From: Escherichia phage vB_EcoM_KAW1E185
DNA length: 64,000 nucleotides
Sequence record: NC_054922.1
Direction: 5' to 3' (one strand)
Below the pieces are notes generated by a model that searched no databases, was not told where the DNA came from, and worked only from the letters and a program-made list of their open reading frames with translations. The position numbers and the translations under genes were made by a program. Positions 1 to 7,555 of this stretch are shown here, one piece after another (within the stretch, counting starts at the first letter, position 1; each line of letters starts with the position of its first letter).

Positions 1-446
1 TGGGTATATTTCTTTTCATCAAAAATCTTTTGTTGTCTGCGTAAACGCCATGGCATTTCAATGAACGTGTACCATATCCCAGATAGTATTGCTGCTGTAA
101 AAATATTAACAAGTATGGTTAAAATAATCCAATCTCCCGTTCTGTCTACTGGACTTTCTCCAAAGAAGCAAAATACAAATGATGTCACAGGAAAACTAAT
201 AATGTACCACAGAATCATAATTTTATCTGTGAACCAATCAGCGTTCGTTAATTTAGCGCGACCATTATGAATACACACGAATTTATCATCTGTTGCAGTA
301 GATGGCTTAGCTGCTTGATATCCCATTCTAAACTCCCTAATCAACAAATTTTTCATATCTTCGGAACAACCATTCCAGTCAACTCTATCAACTGAAATGC
401 CATCATCCCCATCATCTAAATCATACCAGCGAGTTTTTAAAATCAT
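1..446 (-). CDS. hypothetical membrane protein, N-terminal part only (ORF runs off the left edge)
   Basis: Hand translation of the minus strand from ATG 446..444 is open to position 1; hydrophobic stretch present; start overlaps the stop of the upstream ORF in an ATGA junction. Confidence 0.45.
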   Translation of the reverse strand, partial: MILKTRWYDLDDGDDGISVDRVDWNGCSEDMKNLLIREFRMGYQAAKPSTATDDKFVCIHNGRAKLTNADWFTDKIMILWYIISFPVTSFVFCFFGESPVDRTGDWIILTILVNIFTAAILSGIWYTFIEMPWRLRRQQKIFDEKKYT

Positions 447-805
447 TTAATTTTCCTACAATCACTCACAAACTCTTCCATTGATTCTTTTTCAATATAA
501 GACATGTAGCTATTATATTCCTTTAATTGTATTTTGTAATCCTTTTTTCTTTGCCAATTTATTTTAAAATTATCATAATGAAAATATAACATTGTACCAA
601 AGAATGAAAATAATGAAATAATTTTAGTATAGTGAAGTTCACTCCAAACTTCTATTATATTTACTGTGCCGTCAATGTTTAAAATAAGACAGTCAATTAA
701 CAATCCAAAAAGACTACCCGCAAGAGCTGCAGCCAACGCCACAGCAAAAATTAAAAATGACTCAGGAAGCGAATATTTGACTTTATTTAGTTTTGGCTTT
801 TGCAT
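443..805 (-). CDS. small membrane protein, 120 aa
   Basis: ORF track; hydrophobic segment near N-terminus, charged C-terminal tail; ATGA coupling to next gene. Confidence 0.5.
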   Translation of the reverse strand: MQKPKLNKVKYSLPESFLIFAVALAAALAGSLFGLLIDCLILNIDGTVNIIEVWSELHYTKIISLFSFFGTMLYFHYDNFKINWQRKKDYKIQLKEYNSYMSYIEKESMEEFVSDCRKIK

Positions 806-1200
806 CGTGATTCCTTAACAAATTTCATAATTTCATCAAATTCATACGCAGCAAGTTTAAGCTGATGTTCCTTTTTAATCTTTTTACACTGTGCTTTCCA
901 ATCACGTACGCGTTTACGATAATGCCTTCCTTGATACCAGTATCCTACCCAATTTACAGGTATTAATAAAAATGGAACTATCATTGGAAGAATTAATGTT
1001 GACGCAAATATTATATTAGATTCAATATCAGTCATAACATCTATAACTATTCCAACCCCCAGTAGAATTACAAATGATACAGCTATTACAGGACCTATTA
1101 ATACATCAGTAGAAATTATCTGACGCTTTAATTCATACTTCAACGGTTTACTTGGAAGGTATAGTGATGGTTTTGACATATTCTCTACATTCCTTAACAA
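787..1200 (-). CDS. small membrane protein, 137 aa (start may be the internal Met at 1179)
   Basis: ORF track; two hydrophobic segments; C-terminal tail resembles that of the 443..805 product. Confidence 0.45.
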   Translation of the reverse strand: MLRNVENMSKPSLYLPSKPLKYELKRQIISTDVLIGPVIAVSFVILLGVGIVIDVMTDIESNIIFASTLILPMIVPFLLIPVNWVGYWYQGRHYRKRVRDWKAQCKKIKKEHQLKLAAYEFDEIMKFVKESRCKSQN

Positions 1201-1756
1201 ATTTTTCTAATAATAAATCGCTTTCAAAATTGGGATTTTCTACGAATTTATCAAAAAGATCATCAACAATAGTTAAGATATTCTTTTTACTAAGAATACG
1301 TTTATTTTCATGCTTCGTTTCAGAATCAACTATAAGAGTAAAGAAATATTTCTTGCCCTGAAATTTTACAGTAGTATCAATATAGAATAAATTTGACTTT
1401 TGTAAATTACGTTTAAACCATGCATCACTTAAACTATAAACGCCAAGATAATCATAATCGTCGTTTAAATAACATACTGTCCATTCAGGAGAAATGAAAT
1501 CAGTAAATTCAACATCAAAATCGCATGTTAATAAATGAATTGATTCAATACTGTTAATAAGTATTCCAGGACGTATTAAAGACTTTTTACCTCTAGAAAA
1601 TCTTCCAGAAAGGCTTTCATCAGTTTCATATGAAGAACCCCAATAATAATTACGTCCTTCTGCCATACGTTTAAGAGCATTTAATAATTGGTCTGGAACA
1701 TCAACTTGTCTTTGGAATTCTTCAAACATTGAATTGAAATCACTTTGCATTCTCAT
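1148..1756 (-). CDS. hypothetical protein, 202 aa
   Basis: ORF track; no motif recognised. Confidence 0.55.
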   Translation of the reverse strand: MRMQSDFNSMFEEFQRQVDVPDQLLNALKRMAEGRNYYWGSSYETDESLSGRFSRGKKSLIRPGILINSIESIHLLTCDFDVEFTDFISPEWTVCYLNDDYDYLGVYSLSDAWFKRNLQKSNLFYIDTTVKFQGKKYFFTLIVDSETKHENKRILSKKNILTIVDDLFDKFVENPNFESDLLLEKFVKECREYVKTITIPSK

Positions 1757-1797
1757 TCCTATTTACTCCAAGTAATAGGGGTCGAAGCCCCTTATCA

Positions 1798-2391
1798 TTA
1801 TTTCAGAGAATTAATATATTCCTGAACATCGGCAGAGGTGGTTTCAACCCCAGAAATATTACCGTTAAAGGTTTCAACTCGAGCAAGAGTATCTTCAATA
1901 TCAACCTTAGTCAGCGCTGCAATTTCAACTACATCATCGGCAGTACTAATTCCAAGGGCATTCGCTGCACGAGTTTCACGGATATATTCCAATTTAACTG
2001 CAAGTTCTTGGCGAGCATCATCTAACTCAACTACTTTCTTGGCGATTTCAATTCGCATTTCAGCATAACCATCAGCTTTAGTAGTCAACTGCTCAGCTGT
2101 TCGACGATATAGTAAACCAAGTTTAGCATGCATTGTTACATCTTGACCTTCAGAAAGAAGCTTGCGAATTTCACGCTCTTTTGATTCAGCCTGTTTATTC
2201 TTTTCAATAACAAGTTCACGAATACGTTTTTCTTCATTAATAGATTTAACAGAAGCAGTTTTTAGATCTTTAATTTTATCAAGCAATTTTGCTGCTGCGG
2301 CAGTATACTGCTCTTCAACAGATAGATTTTTAGCCATAGCAGAACCAAGTTTAGTGCGAATAAACTCAACAATTTTCTTCAGTGTGTTCAT
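1798..2391 (-). CDS. coiled-coil protein with PspA/IM30-like architecture, 197 aa
   Basis: ORF track; long K/E/R-rich heptad-like helices; architecture only, no sequence search run. Confidence 0.55.
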   Translation of the reverse strand: MNTLKKIVEFIRTKLGSAMAKNLSVEEQYTAAAAKLLDKIKDLKTASVKSINEEKRIRELVIEKNKQAESKEREIRKLLSEGQDVTMHAKLGLLYRRTAEQLTTKADGYAEMRIEIAKKVVELDDARQELAVKLEYIRETRAANALGISTADDVVEIAALTKVDIEDTLARVETFNGNISGVETTSADVQEYINSLK

Positions 2392-2434
2392 AGTATTTCC
2401 TTAGGTTAATTAAGATTTAAAATCCATGAGAGTA

Positions 2435-2611
2435 TTATACTCCGGATAGTTTGTAAACTATTTCAACATCGCCTTTTGCTGCTTTATAACCTTCAGCCCA
2501 AGATATAACCGAGTTTTTATCTGAAGATTCAAATTCTGGCATTGGGCTTTCGCCAATGTTCACACAATATGTTTCTTCATTTTCGTCAAACCAAATAATT
2601 AAAGTAGTCAT
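2435..2611 (-). CDS. hypothetical small protein, 58 aa
   Basis: Hand translation (MTTLIIWFDENEET...); below the ORF-track length cut-off; fills the gap between flanking minus-strand genes. Confidence 0.3.
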   Translation of the reverse strand: MTTLIIWFDENEETYCVNIGESPMPEFESSDKNSVISWAEGYKAAKGDVEIVYKLSGV

Positions 2612-2679
2612 TTATTTCTCCGTTTCTGTATTTGTTTTGATAAGTCTATAATAACACCGTCCTTGGTGTTTGTACACAA

Positions 2680-2955
2680 TTATTTCATATTATTGAAATA
2701 TTCTTCTGCGATTTCATCGTTATCATGGTAAACTTTAGAAGACAGTTTAACATAACCTTCTGCCGTGAACATATTAATCACAACCTTTACAGTATACCAC
2801 TGACCATCTTCATTACCCATTACTGCGTAAGTTTCAAACATCGGATGATCAGGACCGATAACTTTAATATCATTCACTGTACGACCAAAATCTTCTGAAA
2901 CACATTTCATAAAGAAGTTGAACAGTTCGCCGTAATTATCCATTTCATTCTCCAA
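2680..2955 (-). CDS. hypothetical protein, 91 aa
   Basis: ORF track; early-type promoter GTTTACA-N17-TACTAT lies upstream on the minus strand. Confidence 0.5.
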   Translation of the reverse strand: MENEMDNYGELFNFFMKCVSEDFGRTVNDIKVIGPDHPMFETYAVMGNEDGQWYTVKVVINMFTAEGYVKLSSKVYHDNDEIAEEYFNNMK

Positions 2956-2986
2956 GTTGTTTTCTGTATCAGTAGTTGATAGTTGT

Positions 2987-3016
2987 ATAGTACCATGGAA
3001 GAACGGGGATGTAAAC
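2987..3016 (-). promoter_or_regulatory. early-type promoter (-35 GTTTACA, 17-nt spacer, -10 TACTAT) for 2680..2955
   Basis: Read directly on the minus strand; same architecture as the other early promoters in the window. Confidence 0.5.
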
Positions 3017-3147
3017 CGTTTTGTGAAAAAAATTTTAAAAATTTTTAGGGAATTCTAGGGCGGGGATGGAAAATTAAAAGATAGGATAATATATTATAAA
3101 GGGTAGAAACTAAATGATGCCTAGAGAGGCCCAGAAAGGCCTAGATA

Positions 3148-3178
3148 CCAAAAAGCCCCAACCGAAAGGTTGGGGCTA
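3148..3178 (-). terminator. intrinsic terminator (10-bp GC stem, GAAA loop, U-tract); copy 1 of a duplicated 36-bp element
   Basis: Plus strand reads ataccaaaaagccccaaccgaaaggttggggctaag at 3145..3180; sits just downstream of the stop of the 3185..3658 gene. Confidence 0.6.
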
Positions 3179-3184
3179 AGAATG

Positions 3185-3658
3185 TTATTTGATTTGTTTA
3201 GCAGACCAAATGCGGTCTTTGATAATTTTTTGGATGTCTTCAACATATTCAAGAGAGTGAACATGTGGGTTATCTTTGAAACTATAAGCACGAGCTAGCT
3301 TTTGGCCTTCAGTTTTGATTACTAAAAGCTCTTTAAGGATAGCTTCATATTTGGAGATAATTCCTTTAACGATATTTTTCTCTTGTGTGACTTTAGGATC
3401 TGCTTTAGGAGCAGGTTTACCCGAAGCCTTTGCAAAAGCAGCGCCAGTAGCAACTAAACTTTTCCAGGCCATACTAACTGCATTCCCTGTAAATCCTTCG
3501 GCTTTCATATCACGAGCAAATTGGAATCGTGATTCATCGGAAGCATCTTTATAGGAATATTTACCCGCGGCAATGGCTGCTTTTGCGACAGCTTGAATTT
3601 CGGTGCTAGATGCTTCATTTAACACCGCTTCATTTAAAAATTGAGCATATGATTTCAT
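3185..3658 (-). CDS. internal-protein-like protein with N-terminal capsid-targeting leader (MKSYAQFLNE), 157 aa
   Basis: ORF-track ORF trimmed to the ATG at 3658 (AGGAAA Shine-Dalgarno upstream); leader resembles T4 internal-protein leaders ending in a gp21 L/I-x-E cleavage site; late promoter upstream. Confidence 0.6.
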   Translation of the reverse strand: MKSYAQFLNEAVLNEASSTEIQAVAKAAIAAGKYSYKDASDESRFQFARDMKAEGFTGNAVSMAWKSLVATGAAFAKASGKPAPKADPKVTQEKNIVKGIISKYEAILKELLVIKTEGQKLARAYSFKDNPHVHSLEYVEDIQKIIKDRIWSAKQIK

Positions 3659-3696
3659 CTTATTTCCTGTTTTAATTTGTAGATTTAATATACTAA

Positions 3697-3704
3697 TATT
3701 TATA
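3697..3704 (-). promoter_or_regulatory. late promoter TATAAATA upstream of the 3185..3658 gene
   Basis: Plus strand reads tatttata, i.e. TATAAATA on the minus strand, about 39 nt upstream of the ATG. Confidence 0.5.
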
Positions 3705-3732
3705 CCAAAAAGCCCCAACCTTTCGGTCGGGG
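3705..3732 (-). terminator. intrinsic terminator; copy 2 of the duplicated 36-bp element (loop inverted to TTTC)
   Basis: Plus strand reads ataccaaaaagccccaacctttcggtcggggctaag at 3702..3737; ends the tRNA/stable-RNA transcription unit. Confidence 0.6.
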
Positions 3733-3740
3733 CTAAGCCT

Positions 3741-4043
3741 TGCGGCAACCTTGTCGGGGTTCCACCTGCTAAGGCAAGTGTTTGTACGAAACGCCGGGAT
3801 TCGAACCCGGTTATTAAGTAGTTGACGCTACTCAATATTTTTAAAAGGCCATATCTCGACCATATCCGAACGTTCCGTCAAAAACGCTACTCGGCTTACG
3901 GCAAAGATATTTCCTCGAATCGATAATTCGGTGCGCCGTTTCTGCTGTGATGTAAGAGGGCATCAATAAACGCAAAGATTATTAACGCAATTCCTTACTC
4001 AGGGAACATCAGTCCGACGACTTACCGGTAGCGACCCGGTTTC
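3741..4043 (-). ncRNA. putative stable small RNA(s), comparable to T4 species 1/2 RNAs downstream of tRNA-Arg
   Basis: No ORF; T-arm-like CCGGGTTCGAATCCCGG; an 8-bp long-range pairing (ACGGAACG with CGTTTCGT) could form an acceptor-like stem; boundaries approximate. Confidence 0.35.
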
Positions 4044-4394
4044 TTAATATTCTTTTAAAGCATCAATCTGTTTACGGCGTTCACGCCATAAATCAATTGC
4101 TTCATACGCGGATTCAGCATTTCGAATTAGCCGGCATTTATGTAAAGACTTATGATTTTGATATTGTGTAGATAACGGAATTTTATCTAAAAGGTCTTTA
4201 CGTTCAAAGTATTCGTAACCATCTAAGCCAAATGAACGATTTTTGAGAAATTGCCAATGACCAAATTCGTTTTGAATATAAATATAATCCGCATGTTGAT
4301 AAAGTAAATTAATTTCACGAAATGAGATATGTTTTTCATATTCATTGAAGTAAAATGTTAAATCATGAACTACTAAATAAACATTACCTTTCAT
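4044..4394 (-). CDS. hypothetical protein, 116 aa, between tRNA-Arg and the stable-RNA region
   Basis: ORF track; no motif recognised. Confidence 0.45.
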   Translation of the reverse strand: MKGNVYLVVHDLTFYFNEYEKHISFREINLLYQHADYIYIQNEFGHWQFLKNRSFGLDGYEYFERKDLLDKIPLSTQYQNHKSLHKCRLIRNAESAYEAIDLWRERRKQIDALKEY

Positions 4395-4412
4395 ATTTTC
4401 CTCACTTATAAT

Positions 4413-4488
4413 TGGTCGAGGCAGTAGGGATCGAACCTACGACCTAGGACTTAGAAGGTCCTTGCTCTTCCTTCTGAGCTATGCCCCG
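4413..4488 (-). tRNA. tRNA-Arg (anticodon UCU)
   Basis: Hand-folded cloverleaf: anticodon arm AGGAC-CTTCTAA-GTCCT, T-loop GGTTCGATCC, encoded CCA. Confidence 0.85.
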
Positions 4489-4492
4489 TAAT

Positions 4493-4568
4493 TGGGGTGA
4501 CCGATGGGAGTCGAACCCATGACTACGAGAATCACAATCTCGAGTTCTACCAACTGAACTACGGCCAC
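4493..4568 (-). tRNA. tRNA-His (anticodon GUG)
   Basis: Anticodon arm CGAGA-TTGTGAT-TCTCG, T-arm ATGGG-TTCGACT-CCCAT, discriminator C, encoded CCA. Confidence 0.8.
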
Positions 4569-4682
4569 ATTAATACCTACTCCAACAATCAAGATGTCTT
4601 CACACGAAATTAAGAGAAGAGTGATCAGTTCAACCCCTATAATCGCGTCAAGTAGATATTAATGTGACAGTTGTCACAAATT

Positions 4683-4757
4683 TGGCGGACGTGATAGGAT
4701 TCGAACCTATAACCAATCGCTTAACAGGCGATCGCTCTGCCATTGAGCTACACATCC
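4683..4757 (-). tRNA. tRNA-Asn (anticodon GUU)
   Basis: Anticodon arm ATCGC-CTGTTAA-GCGAT, T-loop GGTTCGAATCC, encoded CCA. Confidence 0.8.
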
Positions 4758-4761
4758 AAAT

Positions 4762-4848
4762 TGGTGGGGAGTGGTGGAGTCGAACCACCCGAGTCGCAAT
4801 GACAATGAATTTACAGTCCACACCGCTACCTCTACGGGATAACTCCCC
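4762..4848 (-). tRNA. type II tRNA, probably tRNA-Tyr (anticodon GUA); D-arm non-canonical
   Basis: 87 nt; acceptor GGGGAGT/ACTCCCC, loop CTGTAAA, long variable arm, T-arm GGTGG-TTCGACT-CCACC, encoded CCA; anticodon stem has two G-U pairs. Confidence 0.6.
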
Positions 4849-4857
4849 AAATTAATT

Positions 4858-4932
4858 TGGTGGCCCTGGGTGGAATTGAACCACCATCTGGCGATTATGA
4901 GTCGCTTGCTTGAACCTTCCAGCTACAGGGCC
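4858..4932 (-). tRNA. tRNA with anticodon CAU (Ile2 or Met), in the position of T4 tRNA-Ile
   Basis: Acceptor GGCCCTG/CAGGGCC, anticodon loop CTCATAA, T-loop GGTTCAATTCC, encoded CCA. Confidence 0.75.
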
Positions 4933-4933
4933 T

Positions 4934-5009
4934 TGGTGCTGATTGACGGAATCGAACCGCCGACCTTCTCATTACAAGTGAGTTGCTCTACCTACTAAGC
5001 TAAATCAGC
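4934..5009 (-). tRNA. tRNA-Thr (anticodon UGU)
   Basis: Acceptor GCTGATT/AATCAGC, anticodon loop CTTGTAA, T-loop GGTTCGATTCC, encoded CCA. Confidence 0.85.
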
Positions 5010-5014
5010 AAAAC

Positions 5015-5104
5015 TGGCGGAGGCGATAGGATTTGAACCTATGAGTCGCCGGAGCGACTGCCGGTTTTCAAGACCGGTGCATTAAACCACTCTGCCACGC
5101 CTCC
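5015..5104 (-). tRNA. tRNA-Ser (anticodon UGA), type II
   Basis: 90 nt; anticodon arm CCGGT-CTTGAAA-ACCGG, long variable arm, T-loop GGTTCAAATCC, encoded CCA. Confidence 0.85.
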
Positions 5105-5110
5105 AAATAT

Positions 5111-5761
5111 TTATATATTGTTAATTTGATTTAGAATTCTTTTTGCTTGAGTATGACTTACGCCAATATGCTTAGCATATTTAGACAATTCGCCACGTTT
5201 AGAAAAATCATATAATTTAGAAATTTCTATTCTTCTTTTTCTTTCATCCGCAGAAACTTTTGCTTCGTTTGCTTTTGCTATTTTACGTTTAGCTTCTTGA
5301 GAATGAGTTTTACCAGCAAAGCCATTCTTCATTAATCCATTTGAAGACCATCCTTTTAATTTTCCGTTAGAATGTGCCTTTTTAACACCCAATGAAATTA
5401 ATTCGCGTTGCTGATCTGTCATAGGATAATTATTTATATGGTCCCATCCACCTTCACCTCCAAGTTTTAAATTATACACATCTGGTCTATTTAAAAACTC
5501 TTCTGTGACAATATTTTTCTCGGCTTCAAGCATAGATTCTTTATCGTCAAAATACTCTAATATTTCTTTAGAAAAATTTTCTATACCATATTTATCTTGG
5601 GCTCTTTTTAATAATTTACCAGAACCCATATATCCATCATCTAAATTTTCGGTAGAATGCACACCAATATAAATTTTATTATTAATTTTATTTGTTATTT
5701 TATAAAGATAAAAATGCATATCAGTCCCTAATAAAGAACTGAGCGTCTCACGACGAGTCAT
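5111..5761 (-). mobile_element. segB: GIY-YIG homing endonuclease (SegB-like) wedged between tRNA-Gly and tRNA-Ser
   Basis: N-terminal GIY-YIG module YLYKITNKINNKIYIGVHS plus basic C-terminal region; lies inside the tRNA array as T4 segB does; true start may be the internal Met at 5719. Confidence 0.8.
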
Positions 5762-5765
5762 AAAT

Positions 5766-5839
<74 letters not shown>

Positions 5840-5844
5840 AAATT

Positions 5845-5931
5845 TGGTGCGAGAAGTGGGACTCGAACCCACAAGGAAATCATTCCGCAGCATTTTAAGT
5901 GCTGTGCCTTTACCAATTTGACCATTCTCGC
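5845..5931 (-). tRNA. tRNA-Leu (anticodon UAA), type II
   Basis: 87 nt; acceptor GCGAGAA/TTCTCGC, anticodon arm CAGCA-CTTAAAA-TGCTG, T-loop GGGTTCGAGTCCC, encoded CCA. Confidence 0.85.
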
Positions 5932-5932
5932 G

Positions 5933-6005
5933 CTGGGAATAAAGGACTCGAACCTTTGCATCTAGCAGTCAAAGTGCTATGCCTTACCAACTTGGCTAAT
6001 TCCCA
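5933..6005 (-). tRNA. tRNA-Gln (anticodon UUG), no encoded CCA, abuts tRNA-Leu
   Basis: Acceptor TGGGAAT/ATTCCCA, anticodon arm TAGCA-CTTTGAC-TGCTA, T-loop AGGTTCGAGTCCT; only 1 nt separates it from tRNA-Leu. Confidence 0.8.
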
Positions 6006-6091
6006 ATTATTAACAAAGGCTCTCAAACAAGAACCCTTGATGATAGAGGGTATTAATCAGTGCGGTATGAGTTAATAATAACAAATAATTC

Positions 6092-6607
6092 TTAAAGCAA
6101 ATTAAACATTTTAACGGTCGGCAAAACAATTTCTTCTTCTATATAAGAGTATTTAACACTCTCAACTACACGCAAAAAATCATAATCATAATACTCAGAA
6201 GCATTACCTAAAATATTAATAAGTCCTTCAAGCACTTTATTACCATTCACAAAGAATAAGTCAAATACGCGTTCTTCGTCTTCTTCGGATTTATTACCAA
6301 GGTCAACTTCTATATCAAAGACCTTTTTAATGAATTCTGGATAAAGTTGTTCTGAGAACAGTCCTTCAACCAAGTATTCATAAATAAAAAGCGATTGCTC
6401 GCTGAACAAGCCATTACCACAATAACGTTCAGCTTTAGTACTAGAATGTCTACTTTTAAACTTCTTTAAAAGATATTGAAATTGTAAGATTTCATGCTCT
6501 TCTACGCCAAACAGTGTTTTAGTTTTATAGTTGTCACCATCATTTTCCCAGGTAGTGGCATCAATTACGTAACCCTGTGGAATTGTAGTACCTAAACAAA
6601 TATTCAT
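6092..6607 (-). CDS. hypothetical protein, 171 aa, with duplicated GLFSEQ motif
   Basis: ORF track; acidic; lies in the variable locus between the tRNA array and ipI. Confidence 0.5.
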   Translation of the reverse strand: MNICLGTTIPQGYVIDATTWENDGDNYKTKTLFGVEEHEILQFQYLLKKFKSRHSSTKAERYCGNGLFSEQSLFIYEYLVEGLFSEQLYPEFIKKVFDIEVDLGNKSEEDEERVFDLFFVNGNKVLEGLINILGNASEYYDYDFLRVVESVKYSYIEEEIVLPTVKMFNLL

Positions 6608-6897
6608 TTGCTCACCATATTAATGTAAGTATATTCAATACATTCAAGACCCAAAGGATTCTTGAAAATATCATATTCAAGAGGACCTTTTTCCGTTTCA
6701 ATAAAGAAATCAAAATTTACTGTATTAAATTTACGGTCTTCCTTCACTAATTTAACCTGAGAAGATGAACGGTCAATGTAAACCTTTTCAACTTCAAAAC
6801 ATGTTAAAATGCCATAATCATCAATCAAGGCTTTAGCTGCTTCTTGATCATATTTATATCCATTTTCAATGGATGATACTTTAGCATAAAGAATCAT
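6604..6897 (-). CDS. hypothetical protein, 97 aa
   Basis: ORF track; start overlaps neighbouring stop. Confidence 0.5.
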   Translation of the reverse strand: MILYAKVSSIENGYKYDQEAAKALIDDYGILTCFEVEKVYIDRSSSQVKLVKEDRKFNTVNFDFFIETEKGPLEYDIFKNPLGLECIEYTYINMVSK

Positions 6898-6899
6898 TA

Positions 6900-7310
6900 T
6901 CAGCCTCTATCAACGATAGCATGAGTATGGGCATTTACGATTTGCCACCAGTCGAAACGATTGGAACCATAATCTGGTTTATTTTCATTTTCTTTAATGA
7001 TATCACGCAGTTTATCTTCTGTTTCAGCATACGCAATTAAATCATCATATCCGCCACAAGGATAATAATTATCACCTGCGAATAAAAGAAAATTTACCTT
7101 AGATGGATTTACGTAATAATGGTCTTTAGGATATTTAGTTCCTCTCCAATCAGTTACTTCAACATAACGGTAAGAAAATCCATTTTTACTTTCAATCCAA
7201 CTCCACGCTTCAAAAGGAGTATTAAAAACTTTATCAGGTATTAAATTACCTTCAAAATGAGAAGGATTTGCATAATCCCCGGCATAAACATAATATTCGT
7301 TAATACTCAT
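6900..7310 (-). CDS. hypothetical protein, 136 aa
   Basis: ORF track; tightly packed with neighbours. Confidence 0.5.
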   Translation of the reverse strand: MSINEYYVYAGDYANPSHFEGNLIPDKVFNTPFEAWSWIESKNGFSYRYVEVTDWRGTKYPKDHYYVNPSKVNFLLFAGDNYYPCGGYDDLIAYAETEDKLRDIIKENENKPDYGSNRFDWWQIVNAHTHAIVDRG

Positions 7311-7496
7311 TTATTCACCTTTAGAAATTTTATCCATAACAATAGCAATTAAACCAATTAAAAATGCTACTACAAGTGAAAACACATTTTCTGCTGTAGT
7401 CAATAATCCACATATAAATCCAACAAACATTGAAAAACTAAAAGCGGAAGCAGAAATTGCAATAGCAACATTTCGAATTAATTCACAACGTTTCAT
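7311..7496 (-). CDS. small hydrophobic membrane peptide, 61 aa
   Basis: ORF track; almost entirely hydrophobic; preceded by an early promoter set in an inverted repeat. Confidence 0.4.
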   Translation of the reverse strand: MKRCELIRNVAIAISASAFSFSMFVGFICGLLTTAENVFSLVVAFLIGLIAIVMDKISKGE

Positions 7497-7524
7497 TTTA
7501 TTCTCCTCAGTAGTAGATAGGGTA

Positions 7525-7555
7525 ATAGTATCACTACCCTATCTAAAAGTAAACT
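7525..7555 (-). promoter_or_regulatory. early-type promoter with -10 TACTAT set inside a perfect 10-bp inverted repeat (agatagggta / taccctatct)
   Basis: Minus strand reads GTTTACT-N17-TACTAT; inverted-repeat arms at 7515..7524 and 7535..7544. Confidence 0.5.

Noticed and set aside
61-270. Plus-strand 69-aa ORF at the left edge
   Set aside because: It lies wholly inside the longer minus-strand ORF (1..446), which is coupled to downstream genes; plus-strand coding here would conflict with the operon direction.
3185-3835. Full 216-aa ORF-track version of the leader-bearing gene
   Set aside because: The upstream 59 codons run through the late promoter and the terminator hairpin and lack a ribosome-binding site; the ATG at 3658, with a Shine-Dalgarno and the canonical MK-SY-xx-F-LNE leader, is the credible start.
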